Source: a virus (lineage: Duplodnaviria > Caudoviricetes). From it: a stretch of 64,000 nt of DNA. The notes under the pieces were generated by a model. The model was not told the DNA's origin and made no database searches. It was given only the letters and a program-made list of their open reading frames with translations. The position numbers and the translations under genes are program-made. The stretch's first letter is position 1; every line of letters starts with the position of its first letter. Shown piece by piece: positions 53,535 to 63,015 of this stretch. The DNA lies in the IMG/VR virus record IMGVR_UViG_3300035696_002894, positions 1,283 through 65,282 of that record; one strand, 5' to 3'.

Positions 53535-53962
53535 CGCTCCTCACTCCTCTCCTCCAGCGTCGTAGACACACCTCGAGCGCCCGCTGACAAATCTCAGGAG
53601 GCTCCTCGTTGCGCGCGCCCCGGTGCTGCCGCACTTCGCACGCGCGCGACAACTCAGCGGTCGAGCGCTGCAGGCGCCCGCGCTCCAGGACACACAGCGA
53701 CACAATCACTGATTCTCCGCGCTGCACATACCGCGAGTACGAGCCCACACAATGCTGCTGCGCGCGCCCATCCGCGACGAGCTCCGCCGCCGAGAGCAGT
53801 AGGCGCGCACATCGACGCTTAGATCACATGTAGCCATGACAACCTCATCTTCTGTTTTGAGGGGTGAACCGAATCGCTATCTACTAATAGTCTTAGCGCA
53901 CTCTCCCGCTCAGCTCTAAGACTTTTTGCAGAGGCCAGTACGATTTCTCAGGAGCACACAAA

Positions 53963-54217
53963 TCACGCATCATTCCGCGGCCCGCCCGGCCGGCCGATCG
54001 CAGCTCGCGGCGCCTTCCGGAGCACCGAATCATCTCGCAACCAGCGGAAAAGCGTGTCGCGCGAGATCCCTAGGATCGTCGCAGCACCGGCCCATCCCGC
54101 GTAGTCGCGCACGTGCCCTTCGGCGCGGCACATCGCATCCAAGATGATCCTACGCCAGCGCGCTGGCTCACGGTATCGCAATAGCCGCAACGCGGCCGCG
54201 CTCACCGACGCCTTCAC
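53963..54217 (-). CDS. small Fis-like HTH protein
   Basis: AATILGISRDTLFRWL. Confidence 0.6.
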   Translation of the reverse strand: MKASVSAAALRLLRYREPARWRRIILDAMCRAEGHVRDYAGWAGAATILGISRDTLFRWLRDDSVLRKAPRAAIGRPGGPRNDA

Positions 54218-54474
54218 TTAACACCTCCTCTGACAGGCCGAAAATCCCACGAGCGCCTACCCAGCCAGCCCGGATAGTGCCCACTCCTGCACTGAATCAG
54301 AGCAACGATCCCAAGCCGCCGAACGTATTTGCGCAATGTTCGCGGTGCGACGTGGAGCTTCCGCGCCGCGACCTCCGGCCAGCCATCCCCGGCATCGTAC
54401 GCCGCGAGAATTTTCTCGATCGCCTGCTCGGGAGCAGAGCGCACAAGTCGCAAAATCAGTCTCGTCATCGCCAT
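54214..54474 (-). CDS. small Fis-like HTH protein
   Basis: AARKLHVAPRTLRKYV. Confidence 0.6.
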   Translation of the reverse strand: MAMTRLILRLVRSAPEQAIEKILAAYDAGDGWPEVAARKLHVAPRTLRKYVRRLGIVALIQCRSGHYPGWLGRRSWDFRPVRGGVK

Positions 54475-54524
54475 CTTCTCGATCCTATAGATGCCGCACT
54501 CCGTGCATCCTCGGCAAGCGCCCC

Positions 54525-54548
54525 GATCTTGAGGTCGACCTCAAGATC
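54525..54548. repeat. symmetric palindrome variant, 24 bp
   Basis: GATCTTGAGGTCGACCTCAAGATC; inside the HTH gene cluster. Confidence 0.95.
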
Positions 54549-54549
54549 T

Positions 54550-54786
54550 TCACCGAGCCTTCTCGGGGTCCGCAAAGCGCGTGCAAAACGCACTCTCTGC
54601 CGCGCGCAACTCATCTCGAAGCCCGAGCTGCGCGACCACCTGCACGAACTTGTCCACCCCCACACGTAGCGCGCGCGCCGTCGCTGCGTGCGAACACGCA
54701 TTCAGCGCGAAGAGCTCACGGACGATCCTGCGCGCCGATTCCGGATCGATGTACGCAAGATCGCCGAGGTACAGATCGCGAATCAT
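54550..54786 (-). CDS. small HTH-like protein
   Basis: ATARALRVGVDKF. Confidence 0.45.
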   Translation of the reverse strand: MIRDLYLGDLAYIDPESARRIVRELFALNACSHAATARALRVGVDKFVQVVAQLGLRDELRAAESAFCTRFADPEKAR

Positions 54787-55736
54787 AGCGCCGCCTCGAC
54801 GAGCGCTCGCAGCGCGCTCGGCTCCATCTCGTTCGCATCGAAACCCTCGGGCGGGCGCGCGCGTACGACCCGCCTGTCCGTGAGCACAGAAGAAATAACC
54901 GCGTACGCGCGATCTCCCGCTGTGTCCGCATCCGTCGCGATCACGAACGCATCAAAACGTCGGAGTTTGTCGACGACACGCGGGTCCGTCGCATGCCCCA
55001 CTCCTCCAGTGCCAAGAACGGCAATCGCGACACCGCGAACCACGCGCTCAATGGCGAGCGCATCAAAACTTCCCTCGGCAACGACGACAGTTCCTCCGCC
55101 AGGTCCCCAGTGCTCCTCGCCGAAAACAGCACCCGTATCCGCACCCTCCTCTTGCGCAGGCGTCAAATACCGAACCGGCGCACGTCTATCAACCGCGCGC
55201 GCCGTGTAGCTAAGAAGCCGCCCCGAGGAGCTCCTCGTCGGAACAACAACTCGTCCCGCAAGCCTACCCTCGAGCGCGAACGCGAGCCGCCATCTACGTG
55301 CTTGCCAAAGAGTCACGCCACGCTGAGCGAGGTAGCGCCTGAACGGCTGCGGCCAGGCGAGCACATCGGAGATCTCGACGCCGGCTGGAAACCGGAAGAT
55401 TGGCACGCGCGCGATCTCGACCTGCGCCATCGTCGGCACGTCGTCTTCCTCGACGAGCGCGAACTCCACGATCCAATCGTCGACGCCGTAGTAGACCCCG
55501 AGAACCTCGCGCACTAGCTCCCTCGGTCCTCCGCCAAAGCCGCAAGCGAAACAGTGATGCGACGCGTGGCGCGCACTTGCGGGGTCATCCACGATCGTCC
55601 AGCTACCCACGTTCCTGTCGTCATGCCGAGGCGCCGGACAGAGTGCGGTCCAACCCTCTCCACGCCGCCGACCAACGATGTCGAGCGACACGAGAAGCTT
55701 CCCAACGTCGACCCGGCTCCGCACTTCAATCTCCAA
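54783..55736 (-). CDS. DNA primase (Zn-binding plus TOPRIM)
   Basis: CPAPRHDD, HCFACG, VAEGSFDA, DADTAG. Confidence 0.85.
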   Translation of the reverse strand: MEIEVRSRVDVGKLLVSLDIVGRRRGEGWTALCPAPRHDDRNVGSWTIVDDPASARHASHHCFACGFGGGPRELVREVLGVYYGVDDWIVEFALVEEDDVPTMAQVEIARVPIFRFPAGVEISDVLAWPQPFRRYLAQRGVTLWQARRWRLAFALEGRLAGRVVVPTRSSSGRLLSYTARAVDRRAPVRYLTPAQEEGADTGAVFGEEHWGPGGGTVVVAEGSFDALAIERVVRGVAIAVLGTGGVGHATDPRVVDKLRRFDAFVIATDADTAGDRAYAVISSVLTDRRVVRARPPEGFDANEMEPSALRALVEAAL

Positions 55737-56019
55737 ATAGATGGCGCCAAGCCCAAACTAGGCGCGCAATAAACCCGCGCGGCCGCTCGAGCCAGCGATA
55801 CGCCAGCTGGTGCTTGATCAATCCGTGAGAAACCCCGATCGGCGCGCGCACAACGAGCAGATCGTTGATCGCCGAGTCCACGCTCTGAAGCGTCGCACAT
55901 GGTCTCTCGAAAACCCCACCGCACATGTCCGCAGGTGTCCTAAACCCGTGCATCTCCGCGATCCGCTGCCTGTACTCCCGATCGAACATCCCCAACCTCC
56001 TCCTGCACTCAATCCTCAA
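55726..56019 (-). CDS. hypothetical protein
   Basis: Coupled to neighbouring genes. Confidence 0.35.
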   Translation of the reverse strand: MRIECRRRLGMFDREYRQRIAEMHGFRTPADMCGGVFERPCATLQSVDSAINDLLVVRAPIGVSHGLIKHQLAYRWLERPRGFIARLVWAWRHLFGD

Positions 56020-56207
56020 GCCTGCGCGATCACCGGCACATCGTCGAGGAACGCGCCTATCGCGAGCTGCACCTGCCTAAGCGTCCGGTCCACCCTCGCT
56101 CGCACTTCCTCGTATCCCGGATCGATCCAAGGAGGCTCGTAGTCCAGCAGCGCCGCACGTGCGTCCTCAATTCCTCTGATGATCCCATCGACGCGCTGCC
56201 TGTCCAT
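56016..56207 (-). CDS. hypothetical protein
   Basis: Coupled to neighbouring genes. Confidence 0.35.
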   Translation of the reverse strand: MDRQRVDGIIRGIEDARAALLDYEPPWIDPGYEEVRARVDRTLRQVQLAIGAFLDDVPVIAQA

Positions 56208-56225
56208 ATCCTGTGTCCGATCCTC

Positions 56226-58766
56226 TCAACCATGATGCCGCTTCGACTTCTTCCCCCCGCCACTGAAACTATCCATCGCATCCGGTCCTTCCCGCTCACT
56301 GGGCCGATCGTAAGGCACGCTCGTTCCTCGACCGAACCACGCAAGATCTGGGTTCCATTCCAGCTCGACGCTCAAAGGCCAGGGTGCGTAGCGCTGCTTG
56401 AGCACGTCGACGACGATCATGTCGTCCGGCACGTTCTTCCACTGCGCAGGCCGATAGACACCGAGGATAGTGTCGGCAACATCAACCCACGCACTCGTCC
56501 CCTTGATGCCCTCGCGCGTCGGACGCTTGTCCGCGCGTACCTCGACATCCTTCAGCCTCTGCTGCTGCAACAAGATGCCATGGCACTTCGTCCCCTCGCA
56601 GATCGCTTGCTGCCGCCATAGTGCCTGCTGAATCTCGCTCGGCGAATCATCGACGAGGCATCGGTCCCAAAGGTCTGCGATGAACACGTCAGCACCAGAG
56701 TCTTCAATCAGGTGCTGGACGATGTCGAGGTTCTCGCCGTTCGTCTCCTTGCCAGAATGCTGAAAGGGGTTCGGGATGTACCTCACCACCTTGTCGATCT
56801 CTTTCGCGCGCGCCTCGACCGCACAAATCATCTCCTCCGACGCGCCTATCTGAAGTTGCCTACGGCTGACACACACGTTCTCTTCCGCAAGGCTCATCAC
56901 GGCCATCAGCTCGCTCGTCTCCTCGGCGCTCATCTCCCAGGCGCCGTAGAGCACACGCCGCCTCTGTCGCGCCTGTCCGAGCGCGATGCGCGCCGCGATG
57001 GTGCTGTTATGCGTAGGAATCATCGATCGCCCCGCTAAAAACAAGTGCGAAGGCGCATCCACAGCAATACACCTCACAGGAACAGATGGCACAGGGCGAA
57101 CCGCCTCGATATACCGGCGCTTGTGCACACCGCGACGCTTACCCGTGCGCAACAAACATGCTTTGCGCTGCAACCTGAACAGCGGAAAGTCCGCCGTAAA
57201 GTGCACGTTCCACGCATCCCCAATCACGCGTCCCCCGATCTTCGCTACTTTGTGCGAAGCGACACTTTTCACACCAAGTGTAGCCAAAAGCTCAAGAAAC
57301 CCATCCCGAAGTACAGGGCTCGTCGTGCACCAGGACGCTTTGCCAAGACAACGATCCACCGTACCATCCATGTCCATCAGCCCCTGTAGCAGCGCGCGCC
57401 GCTGCACCTCCGATGCGCGCAAATATATCACAGGAATGTGTTTCCGATTCAGCACCCCCAGCCGCTGCAAATCACCCTTCAGTCCACTTACACACCAACG
57501 CCCCTTCGTACTCTTCTGCTCCCACACGCTATATCCTAGGGCACGTATCTCCTCCACAATCTGCACATCGAACTTCGTATAATAGCCCGCCGAGCTAGTG
57601 TCGTCGCCCAACCACACACCTAATAAGTACGGATGCACGGGTAAATGCACATCCGGAAGTATTAGCGGCGCAGCTACCGCTACAGCATGGTTCACCTCCT
57701 CACGACTTGCCGTGCAGAAACGAAGTGTTTTGGCAATTTCTATGGTCGTTCTTACCTTTCCCGATACATCACTTCGCGTGTCGGCATGGTGTAACAACAA
57801 CGCATCCGAGACATGCGGCCTACGCACTATGGCCCCGCGCCTACGTCGTCGTTGTTCTCGAAACTCAGGCGTCCGCAAACGAGACAACGCCCGTTCTCGC
57901 GCACTCATCGTCAGCCATAAATGTTCCGCGTCCGCAACGATCCGCGAACCATCCGAAAAGAGCAGCTCGTAACATTCGTGCTCCAACATCACGGATGAGC
58001 ACCACACGACTCGCGTAATTGCACCACTCTCTGCAAAAACTAGATCGCCCGGCACAATAGCACCCATCGTTGTCCACCCACCCGGGGTAGGAATTGGCGT
58101 ATCCAACGCCAAAGCCTTCCCGCCGCCCGATGTCCCAGTGATTACCGTGATCTTCCCCGGCTTTGCTGCCGGGATCAGCCGCGGCTCTCCAGTCTCATCC
58201 TGGTACGTATCGAGCCCGGCGATCCCGTAGGGATAAATGCCGTGCCCCGCTGCACGTGCACGAAGATCTACGCCGAGCTTCGTCGAAACCTCGCTCGGCG
58301 AAAGAATCCTCGCTCGCTCACGCCAGACGCCGAACGTATCCCCAACTGCGCGAGCAAGCCCACGCACCTTCGCCGGCTCCGAGAGCGGGTCAGCAAGTGC
58401 CTCGAGCAGCGTCGTAATGGGCCCGCGTACGGCGTCTGCGCGAAGAGCATCCCACCGCACGCCTTCGACGTAGTGCGAGAGATCTGGCGGAACCTCGGGG
58501 CGCGACGACGCGAGCTGCGAGAGATACTCGATATCCAGATCTGGAAACAGCCGCTTCGCAGCGGCCGGGTCGTACGCGACGCCTCGACGTTCAAGTTCCG
58601 CAAGCGCTACGACCGCTGCGCGATGCTCTGGAATCTGCCAGCGCTCTGGCGGAAGCACGCGCAAGAGTCGTCGTCGCTGCTCGCTTGAGACGAGCAACGC
58701 GGCAAGCACAACCTGCTCGGTGTGCTCGTCGATCCGCACCGTCCGGCTCGGCGCCTGACCGGGCAC
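56226..58766 (-). CDS. dnaB: DnaB-like replicative helicase containing an intein
   Basis: Spliced Walker A GTSGGGK|ST, WEMS, IADL, QQQR, ADTILGVYR; start approximate. Confidence 0.85.
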   Translation of the reverse strand: MPGQAPSRTVRIDEHTEQVVLAALLVSSEQRRRLLRVLPPERWQIPEHRAAVVALAELERRGVAYDPAAAKRLFPDLDIEYLSQLASSRPEVPPDLSHYVEGVRWDALRADAVRGPITTLLEALADPLSEPAKVRGLARAVGDTFGVWRERARILSPSEVSTKLGVDLRARAAGHGIYPYGIAGLDTYQDETGEPRLIPAAKPGKITVITGTSGGGKALALDTPIPTPGGWTTMGAIVPGDLVFAESGAITRVVWCSSVMLEHECYELLFSDGSRIVADAEHLWLTMSARERALSRLRTPEFREQRRRRRGAIVRRPHVSDALLLHHADTRSDVSGKVRTTIEIAKTLRFCTASREEVNHAVAVAAPLILPDVHLPVHPYLLGVWLGDDTSSAGYYTKFDVQIVEEIRALGYSVWEQKSTKGRWCVSGLKGDLQRLGVLNRKHIPVIYLRASEVQRRALLQGLMDMDGTVDRCLGKASWCTTSPVLRDGFLELLATLGVKSVASHKVAKIGGRVIGDAWNVHFTADFPLFRLQRKACLLRTGKRRGVHKRRYIEAVRPVPSVPVRCIAVDAPSHLFLAGRSMIPTHNSTIAARIALGQARQRRRVLYGAWEMSAEETSELMAVMSLAEENVCVSRRQLQIGASEEMICAVEARAKEIDKVVRYIPNPFQHSGKETNGENLDIVQHLIEDSGADVFIADLWDRCLVDDSPSEIQQALWRQQAICEGTKCHGILLQQQRLKDVEVRADKRPTREGIKGTSAWVDVADTILGVYRPAQWKNVPDDMIVVDVLKQRYAPWPLSVELEWNPDLAWFGRGTSVPYDRPSEREGPDAMDSFSGGGKKSKRHHG
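57006..58115 (-). mobile_element. Ala1 (class 3-type) intein with LAGLIDADG endonuclease (370 aa)
   Basis: ALALDTPIPTPGGW; DAEHLW; YLLGVWLGD; LLQGLMDMDG; VRCIAVD...IPTHN|S. Confidence 0.9.
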
Positions 58767-58770
58767 CTGA

Positions 58771-58794
58771 GACCTTGAGGTCGACCTCAAGGTC
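58771..58794. repeat. 20-bp palindrome (58773-58792) extended to 24 bp
   Basis: Contains a stop codon; upstream of dnaB. Confidence 0.97.
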
Positions 58795-59311
58795 CACCCG
58801 TTGACGCACTACCTCCTCCGTTTGCTCTCCACCGCACGACCTGCCGCGCGCTGAACTGCAGCCGCCAGCCGAGCGGATTGATGACCCGCCCGTTGTTGCG
58901 CCTCCACTTCGTGCTTCGCCGCTCCTCGCCCCACGTCCAGCGAAGAAGCGGCACCGCCGCCTCCGCCTTCCCTTCGAACTCGCGCTTGACCAGTGCGTCC
59001 GCCGCGAACATCGCAAGCTTCCAATCCTGCGCGGTCATCGCGGGCGCGACCCCGTAAGTCTGCTCATGGCACCACGCCCAAAGCGCGACAAGATGTAGCG
59101 CGCCCGCCCCCGCGTAGTTGTCCGCGAGGCGCATCTGCACAACCTCGCCGCACACCTCCTCAATCCGACCTTTCGACGGCGCGCGTGATCTGCCGCGCTT
59201 GCGCGTCGAGAGCTTCTCCGAGAGCGCAACCGACGCGTTCGCGATCGCGATCACGCTAAATCTTCCCGCTGCAGACTCCAGCCCTAACATCTGTCGCCCC
59301 ATAGCGCGCAC
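58787..59311 (-). CDS. hypothetical protein
   Basis: Upstream of dnaB; stop inside a palindrome. Confidence 0.5.
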   Translation of the reverse strand: MRAMGRQMLGLESAAGRFSVIAIANASVALSEKLSTRKRGRSRAPSKGRIEEVCGEVVQMRLADNYAGAGALHLVALWAWCHEQTYGVAPAMTAQDWKLAMFAADALVKREFEGKAEAAVPLLRWTWGEERRSTKWRRNNGRVINPLGWRLQFSARQVVRWRANGGGSASTGGP

Positions 59312-59321
59312 GAAGAGTGAA

Positions 59322-59561
59322 TCAGCGGGACTTCATCGCTGCACTCGACTCCTGCAGCGCTACCTTGAACGCCGCGATCTTCGTCGCATACGACTTGCGA
59401 GCAAACGCCTCGCACGCGGCGTACGCACGCGCCATCGCCTGCTCAGGCGTCTCGCCGTCTTTCACTACGGTTGTCATCTCGAACGGCCCGATGTCGAAGT
59501 TGTTGTACCGCTCGGGGGAAACCTTCATCAGACCCCACGTCACCGTCACCGTATCAACCAT
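59322..59561 (-). CDS. hypothetical protein
   Basis: GGAG RBS before MVDTVTV. Confidence 0.45.
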   Translation of the reverse strand: MVDTVTVTWGLMKVSPERYNNFDIGPFEMTTVVKDGETPEQAMARAYAACEAFARKSYATKIAAFKVALQESSAAMKSR

Positions 59562-61555
59562 CGCGTTTCTCCTTGGTAGCTGCTGCATGATGCCGCACTC
59601 GGAACCGCAACCGACTTCGCGCGCCTGCGCTCCTTTCGCGCGTCGATCCACTCGCCATCCTCGCCTTGAACGAACACCGGCCGCCCATCATCGAAGAGCG
59701 CAGGCCAGTCCTTCGCGCGACAAGCGTCCAGCAGATAGTAGAGACGCGCCGGTCCTTCTCCCCCCGCGATGCGACAAATGCGCCCAGCGACCTGTCCGAA
59801 AAGTTGCCGGTTGCTTGCGACAGGCATCGCCGCGATGCCAACTCCAACACGAGGAAGATCAACACCGGTCCCCACAGCCTGCACCGTTCCTACGGCGACC
59901 CGCAAAGAACCACCGAGAAGACCTTCCACCGCCTGATCAAGCGCAGCCTTGTGCTCAGCACCTCCAACCATCAGCCCCGCAGCAATGCCGCCCCTCGCCA
60001 GCTTCCCGACGAGCCTTCTGCAATGCTCCACCCGCAAGCTGAAGACCAAGATCTGCTCACCACGCGCTCGCTCCTGCTCGACCACGCGCAGCACATGCTC
60101 GTCTCGTCCATCCGCCTGCGCCATCGCGTCGAGCATCTCGCGATACTGATCACCACTGCTCCCCACCATCGAATCCACAGGGGACTTCCAGCCTGTGGGG
60201 ATGACCCGAATCTCGACATCCCGCACACGCTTCCTCGCAACGAGCTCCTTGCGATTGATGCTCAGCGCGAGATCGCCGAACAGGTCGTACGCGAGAAACT
60301 CCTTCCTGTCCGCACGCCGCTCATCGGCAGAAACACCGACCCGATAGCGCGCCGCGAACGGATCGATGCTCGCGATGAATGTCGGTGCGCTGAAGCGCTG
60401 CAATTCATCGGCGATGACTACGCCGAACGCGTCGAACACAGGATCGCCAGCCGGAAACCTCGCAAGCGCCTGCTGCATCGCGACCGTGATCGCACCCACC
60501 GTCTTCTTGCCTCCACGGATCTGACCCACGAAAGCACGCTTTACACCGAGCCCATCCCTGATGCGCTCCATCCACTGCGAGAACAGAGCACCGGTCCAGA
60601 CGACCACGATCGTCGGCTTGCGCACCCGCGCGATCAGCGCGAGGCATATCTCCGTTTTTCCGGAGTTGTGTACCGCAACACCGTTCGCAATGAACGCCGC
60701 TGCGCGCTCGACTTCTAAGTCATACGTTGCTTGCCGACCTGCGTACTCGACGCTTACTAGCTGCCGCGGTGCAAGCATCGACTTCCGACCCCTGGTACCC
60801 ATCACACCGTCAAACAACACAGCAGCACCGACCGAAAGTGCATCCAGCCGCATCCAGCCGTGCGACGTCAGCAAACGGTGATCACACGTCAGCGTCAGAA
60901 CACAACCACCCGCGAACTTTGCACGATAAACATCGCGCACGCCGCTACTGCGCGCTGCAAGAACACGCGCAAGATGAACAGTCCCATCTTCGAACGGCGC
61001 ACGTACGAACGTAGTGATGTCACTTCTCCACCGACGACCTGCGCAAAGACCGCCATTGAATGCGTACACCACATGGTCAAGGCGCATTTTCGCGCCTTTT
61101 CCAGCGCGATTGATCGTCACTATCGTATCGCCAACCAAACACCCTGTAGGCGCGCGCAGATAACACGTCTGCCGAGCAACCACGCGCTCGAGCGCCTCCG
61201 CCTGGTCCTCGAAAAGCGTCCTGCGAAGCTCGGGCCATTGGAAACTGGACGCTGGCACGTATGCGCCGTCACTCCGCGCGTCCTTGACCCGAAGCTCAGC
61301 ACCACTCGAGACGAGAAGCGCGCGCACTCGCGACATTCCTCCCCTCGGAAGCGATAGCCATGCGCCCTCGTCACGCCATGTCTTGATGAGCCTCGACTCC
61401 TTGCGATGGTCGAACCGGATACCGAGATGCCGCATCTTCTCGTGCTGCGGGTTCTTGTGTTCGAAGAGCGCGCGTAGCGCATCGAAATACTCCATCGAGA
61501 GGTCCGCGCGAAAGACGCGCACACGCGAATCGACCAAAACACGAACGATGCTCAC
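59546..61555 (-). CDS. SF2 (DEAD/DEXH) helicase containing a mini-intein
   Basis: Spliced APTG|SGKT, IADE, VSA, GTGVDLP, QVAGRICR. Confidence 0.88.
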   Translation of the reverse strand: MSIVRVLVDSRVRVFRADLSMEYFDALRALFEHKNPQHEKMRHLGIRFDHRKESRLIKTWRDEGAWLSLPRGGMSRVRALLVSSGAELRVKDARSDGAYVPASSFQWPELRRTLFEDQAEALERVVARQTCYLRAPTGCLVGDTIVTINRAGKGAKMRLDHVVYAFNGGLCAGRRWRSDITTFVRAPFEDGTVHLARVLAARSSGVRDVYRAKFAGGCVLTLTCDHRLLTSHGWMRLDALSVGAAVLFDGVMGTRGRKSMLAPRQLVSVEYAGRQATYDLEVERAAAFIANGVAVHNSGKTEICLALIARVRKPTIVVVWTGALFSQWMERIRDGLGVKRAFVGQIRGGKKTVGAITVAMQQALARFPAGDPVFDAFGVVIADELQRFSAPTFIASIDPFAARYRVGVSADERRADRKEFLAYDLFGDLALSINRKELVARKRVRDVEIRVIPTGWKSPVDSMVGSSGDQYREMLDAMAQADGRDEHVLRVVEQERARGEQILVFSLRVEHCRRLVGKLARGGIAAGLMVGGAEHKAALDQAVEGLLGGSLRVAVGTVQAVGTGVDLPRVGVGIAAMPVASNRQLFGQVAGRICRIAGGEGPARLYYLLDACRAKDWPALFDDGRPVFVQGEDGEWIDARKERRRAKSVAVPSAASCSSYQGETRWLIR
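60665..61141 (-). mobile_element. mini-intein (159 aa, no endonuclease)
   Basis: CLVGDTIV; TCDHRLLTSHGW; TYDLEV...FIANGVAVHN|S. Confidence 0.9.
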
Positions 61556-61591
61556 CGCGCGCATGATGCCGCGTACGACACAAAGAACACC

Positions 61592-61786
61592 ATGAACGAA
61601 CTGGACGATAGACTCTGGGAAGAGCGGCGCAGGCTGACGCGAGATGACCGATGCGCGCTCGTCGCAACTGCAGCTCTCGCTCTGCTCATCATCCTCGGCG
61701 TACTCACCGGCGAGATCTGGTGGTGCACCCGCGCACCCTCACACTGCCCACCTACCGTTCTCCGAAGTGGTAAGAATCAACCATAG
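61592..61786 (+). CDS. small membrane protein
   Basis: One hydrophobic segment; divergent from the SF2 helicase gene. Confidence 0.35.
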   Translation: MNELDDRLWEERRRLTRDDRCALVATAALALLIILGVLTGEIWWCTRAPSHCPPTVLRSGKNQP

Positions 61787-62088
61787 GCCATTCCTCCCGG
61801 CTCGGTTCCTGCACAACCAGAAGTTTCACATCAGTTCTCACAAAACTTACGTCAGAGCTTCCAGGACAACAGGCTGACACCGGGGAACTCCCGGTCAACA
61901 TCTTCAAGTTGAGCGATGCGTGCTCGTCGAGGGACAGCACGACGAGCACGCACCAAATCGCGCAACCAACGTTCTGCGCAAACTCGCTCCGCCTCCTCCG
62001 GCTCACGACGCGCGCTGCCGCGCGACCAGCCAGACGACGCACGCGACGAAGACAAGCGTCGCGATGACCTCTCCCCACGCCACACGGC

Positions 62089-62349
62089 TCACGGAGACAG
62101 ACTCGCGAGGCGACCGACCTCTACAGACAAACGCGCGACGGCCGCGGCGGATACCTTCCCGCCCCCCGAAAGCTTCGTCAGCAGAGTCTCGCTCGTCCGT
62201 AACTCACGCAGCACACGCATCTTGCCTAACCGCACGCACTCTCGCGCGATCGCCTTCTCGAGCTCCGCAGGTACGCTCACCTGCGCGCTGACGAAAAAAC
62301 GCGGACTCTTCAGCCCATCTGCCGTCCTGCGTACCCGCGTGTCCGCCAT
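62089..62349 (-). CDS. hypothetical protein
   Basis: GGAG RBS before MADTRVRR. Confidence 0.45.
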   Translation of the reverse strand: MADTRVRRTADGLKSPRFFVSAQVSVPAELEKAIARECVRLGKMRVLRELRTSETLLTKLSGGGKVSAAAVARLSVEVGRLASLSP

Positions 62350-62395
62350 TGCTCCATCTCCGCCATCACATACACAGATGATGCCGCCATGCGGC

Positions 62396-62614
62396 CTACC
62401 CCGACCACGACCCCGACCGCGACCTCGACCGCGACCACGACCACGACCCCGACCGCGACCACGACCTCGACCGCGACCACGACCACGACCCCGACCCCGA
62501 CCACGACCACGACCGCGACCCCGACCCCAACCTCGACCGCGACCACGACCGCGACCACGACCCCGACCACGACCCCGCGCGGTCAAAACCGCCGCGCAGG
62601 ATTGCAGCATTCAC
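62396..62614 (-). CDS. Ser/Arg/Trp/Gly dipeptide-repeat micro-protein, copy 1
   Basis: GTGA coupling; VNAAILRGGFD followed by (W/R/G)S repeats. Confidence 0.55.
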   Translation of the reverse strand: MNAAILRGGFDRAGSWSGSWSRSWSRSRLGSGSRSWSWSGSGSWSWSRSRSWSRSGSWSWSRSRSRSGSWSG

Positions 62615-62961
62615 TTCGCAATCCTCGGCAACGAATGGGCCCAGGGCGCACTATCCACCAACGCCCCACGCCAAATAACCGCGCGCACCGGGTACGGCTC
62701 AAACTCCCGTATCAACCCCTTCGACAAAAACTCCCCATAGCGCTCAGTATCGGCAACCCATCCTGCCTCTTCAAGCAAGAAGAAGTCCGGTCCGATCGCA
62801 ACCACACGTCCAATGTTGATCATCGTGACGCTGCGAAATACCCACGCCTCGCCGACCTTGATCGGCAGCTCTATCGATACCTGCGTCCCGGCAACGTTAC
62901 CCACCAAAGCTGCGATTTCGCGAATCTGCTTCACGCTTAACTCTTCGATGTTCAGTTCCAT
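62611..62961 (-). CDS. conserved phage protein (DUF6948-like by recollection)
   Basis: FRSVT..IGRVV...LEEAGWVADTERY..FL..G...E.EP....RGALVD. Confidence 0.55.
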   Translation of the reverse strand: MELNIEELSVKQIREIAALVGNVAGTQVSIELPIKVGEAWVFRSVTMINIGRVVAIGPDFFLLEEAGWVADTERYGEFLSKGLIREFEPYPVRAVIWRGALVDSAPWAHSLPRIAK

Positions 62962-63015
62962 GCTCCATCTCCGCCATCTCCGCCATCACATACACAGATG
63001 ATGCCGCCATGCGGC

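Noticed and set aside
56226-58790. ORF-track starts such as MRSTSR or readings through LEVDLK
   Set aside because: These arise from TTG and open frames inside the palindrome. True starts lie downstream.
62089-62610. Poly-GR fusion ORF as the main gene
   Set aside because: The GR frame hits a stop before the array in copy 2, whereas the xS frame keeps the same start and stop in both copies. It is noted only as a possible secondary product.
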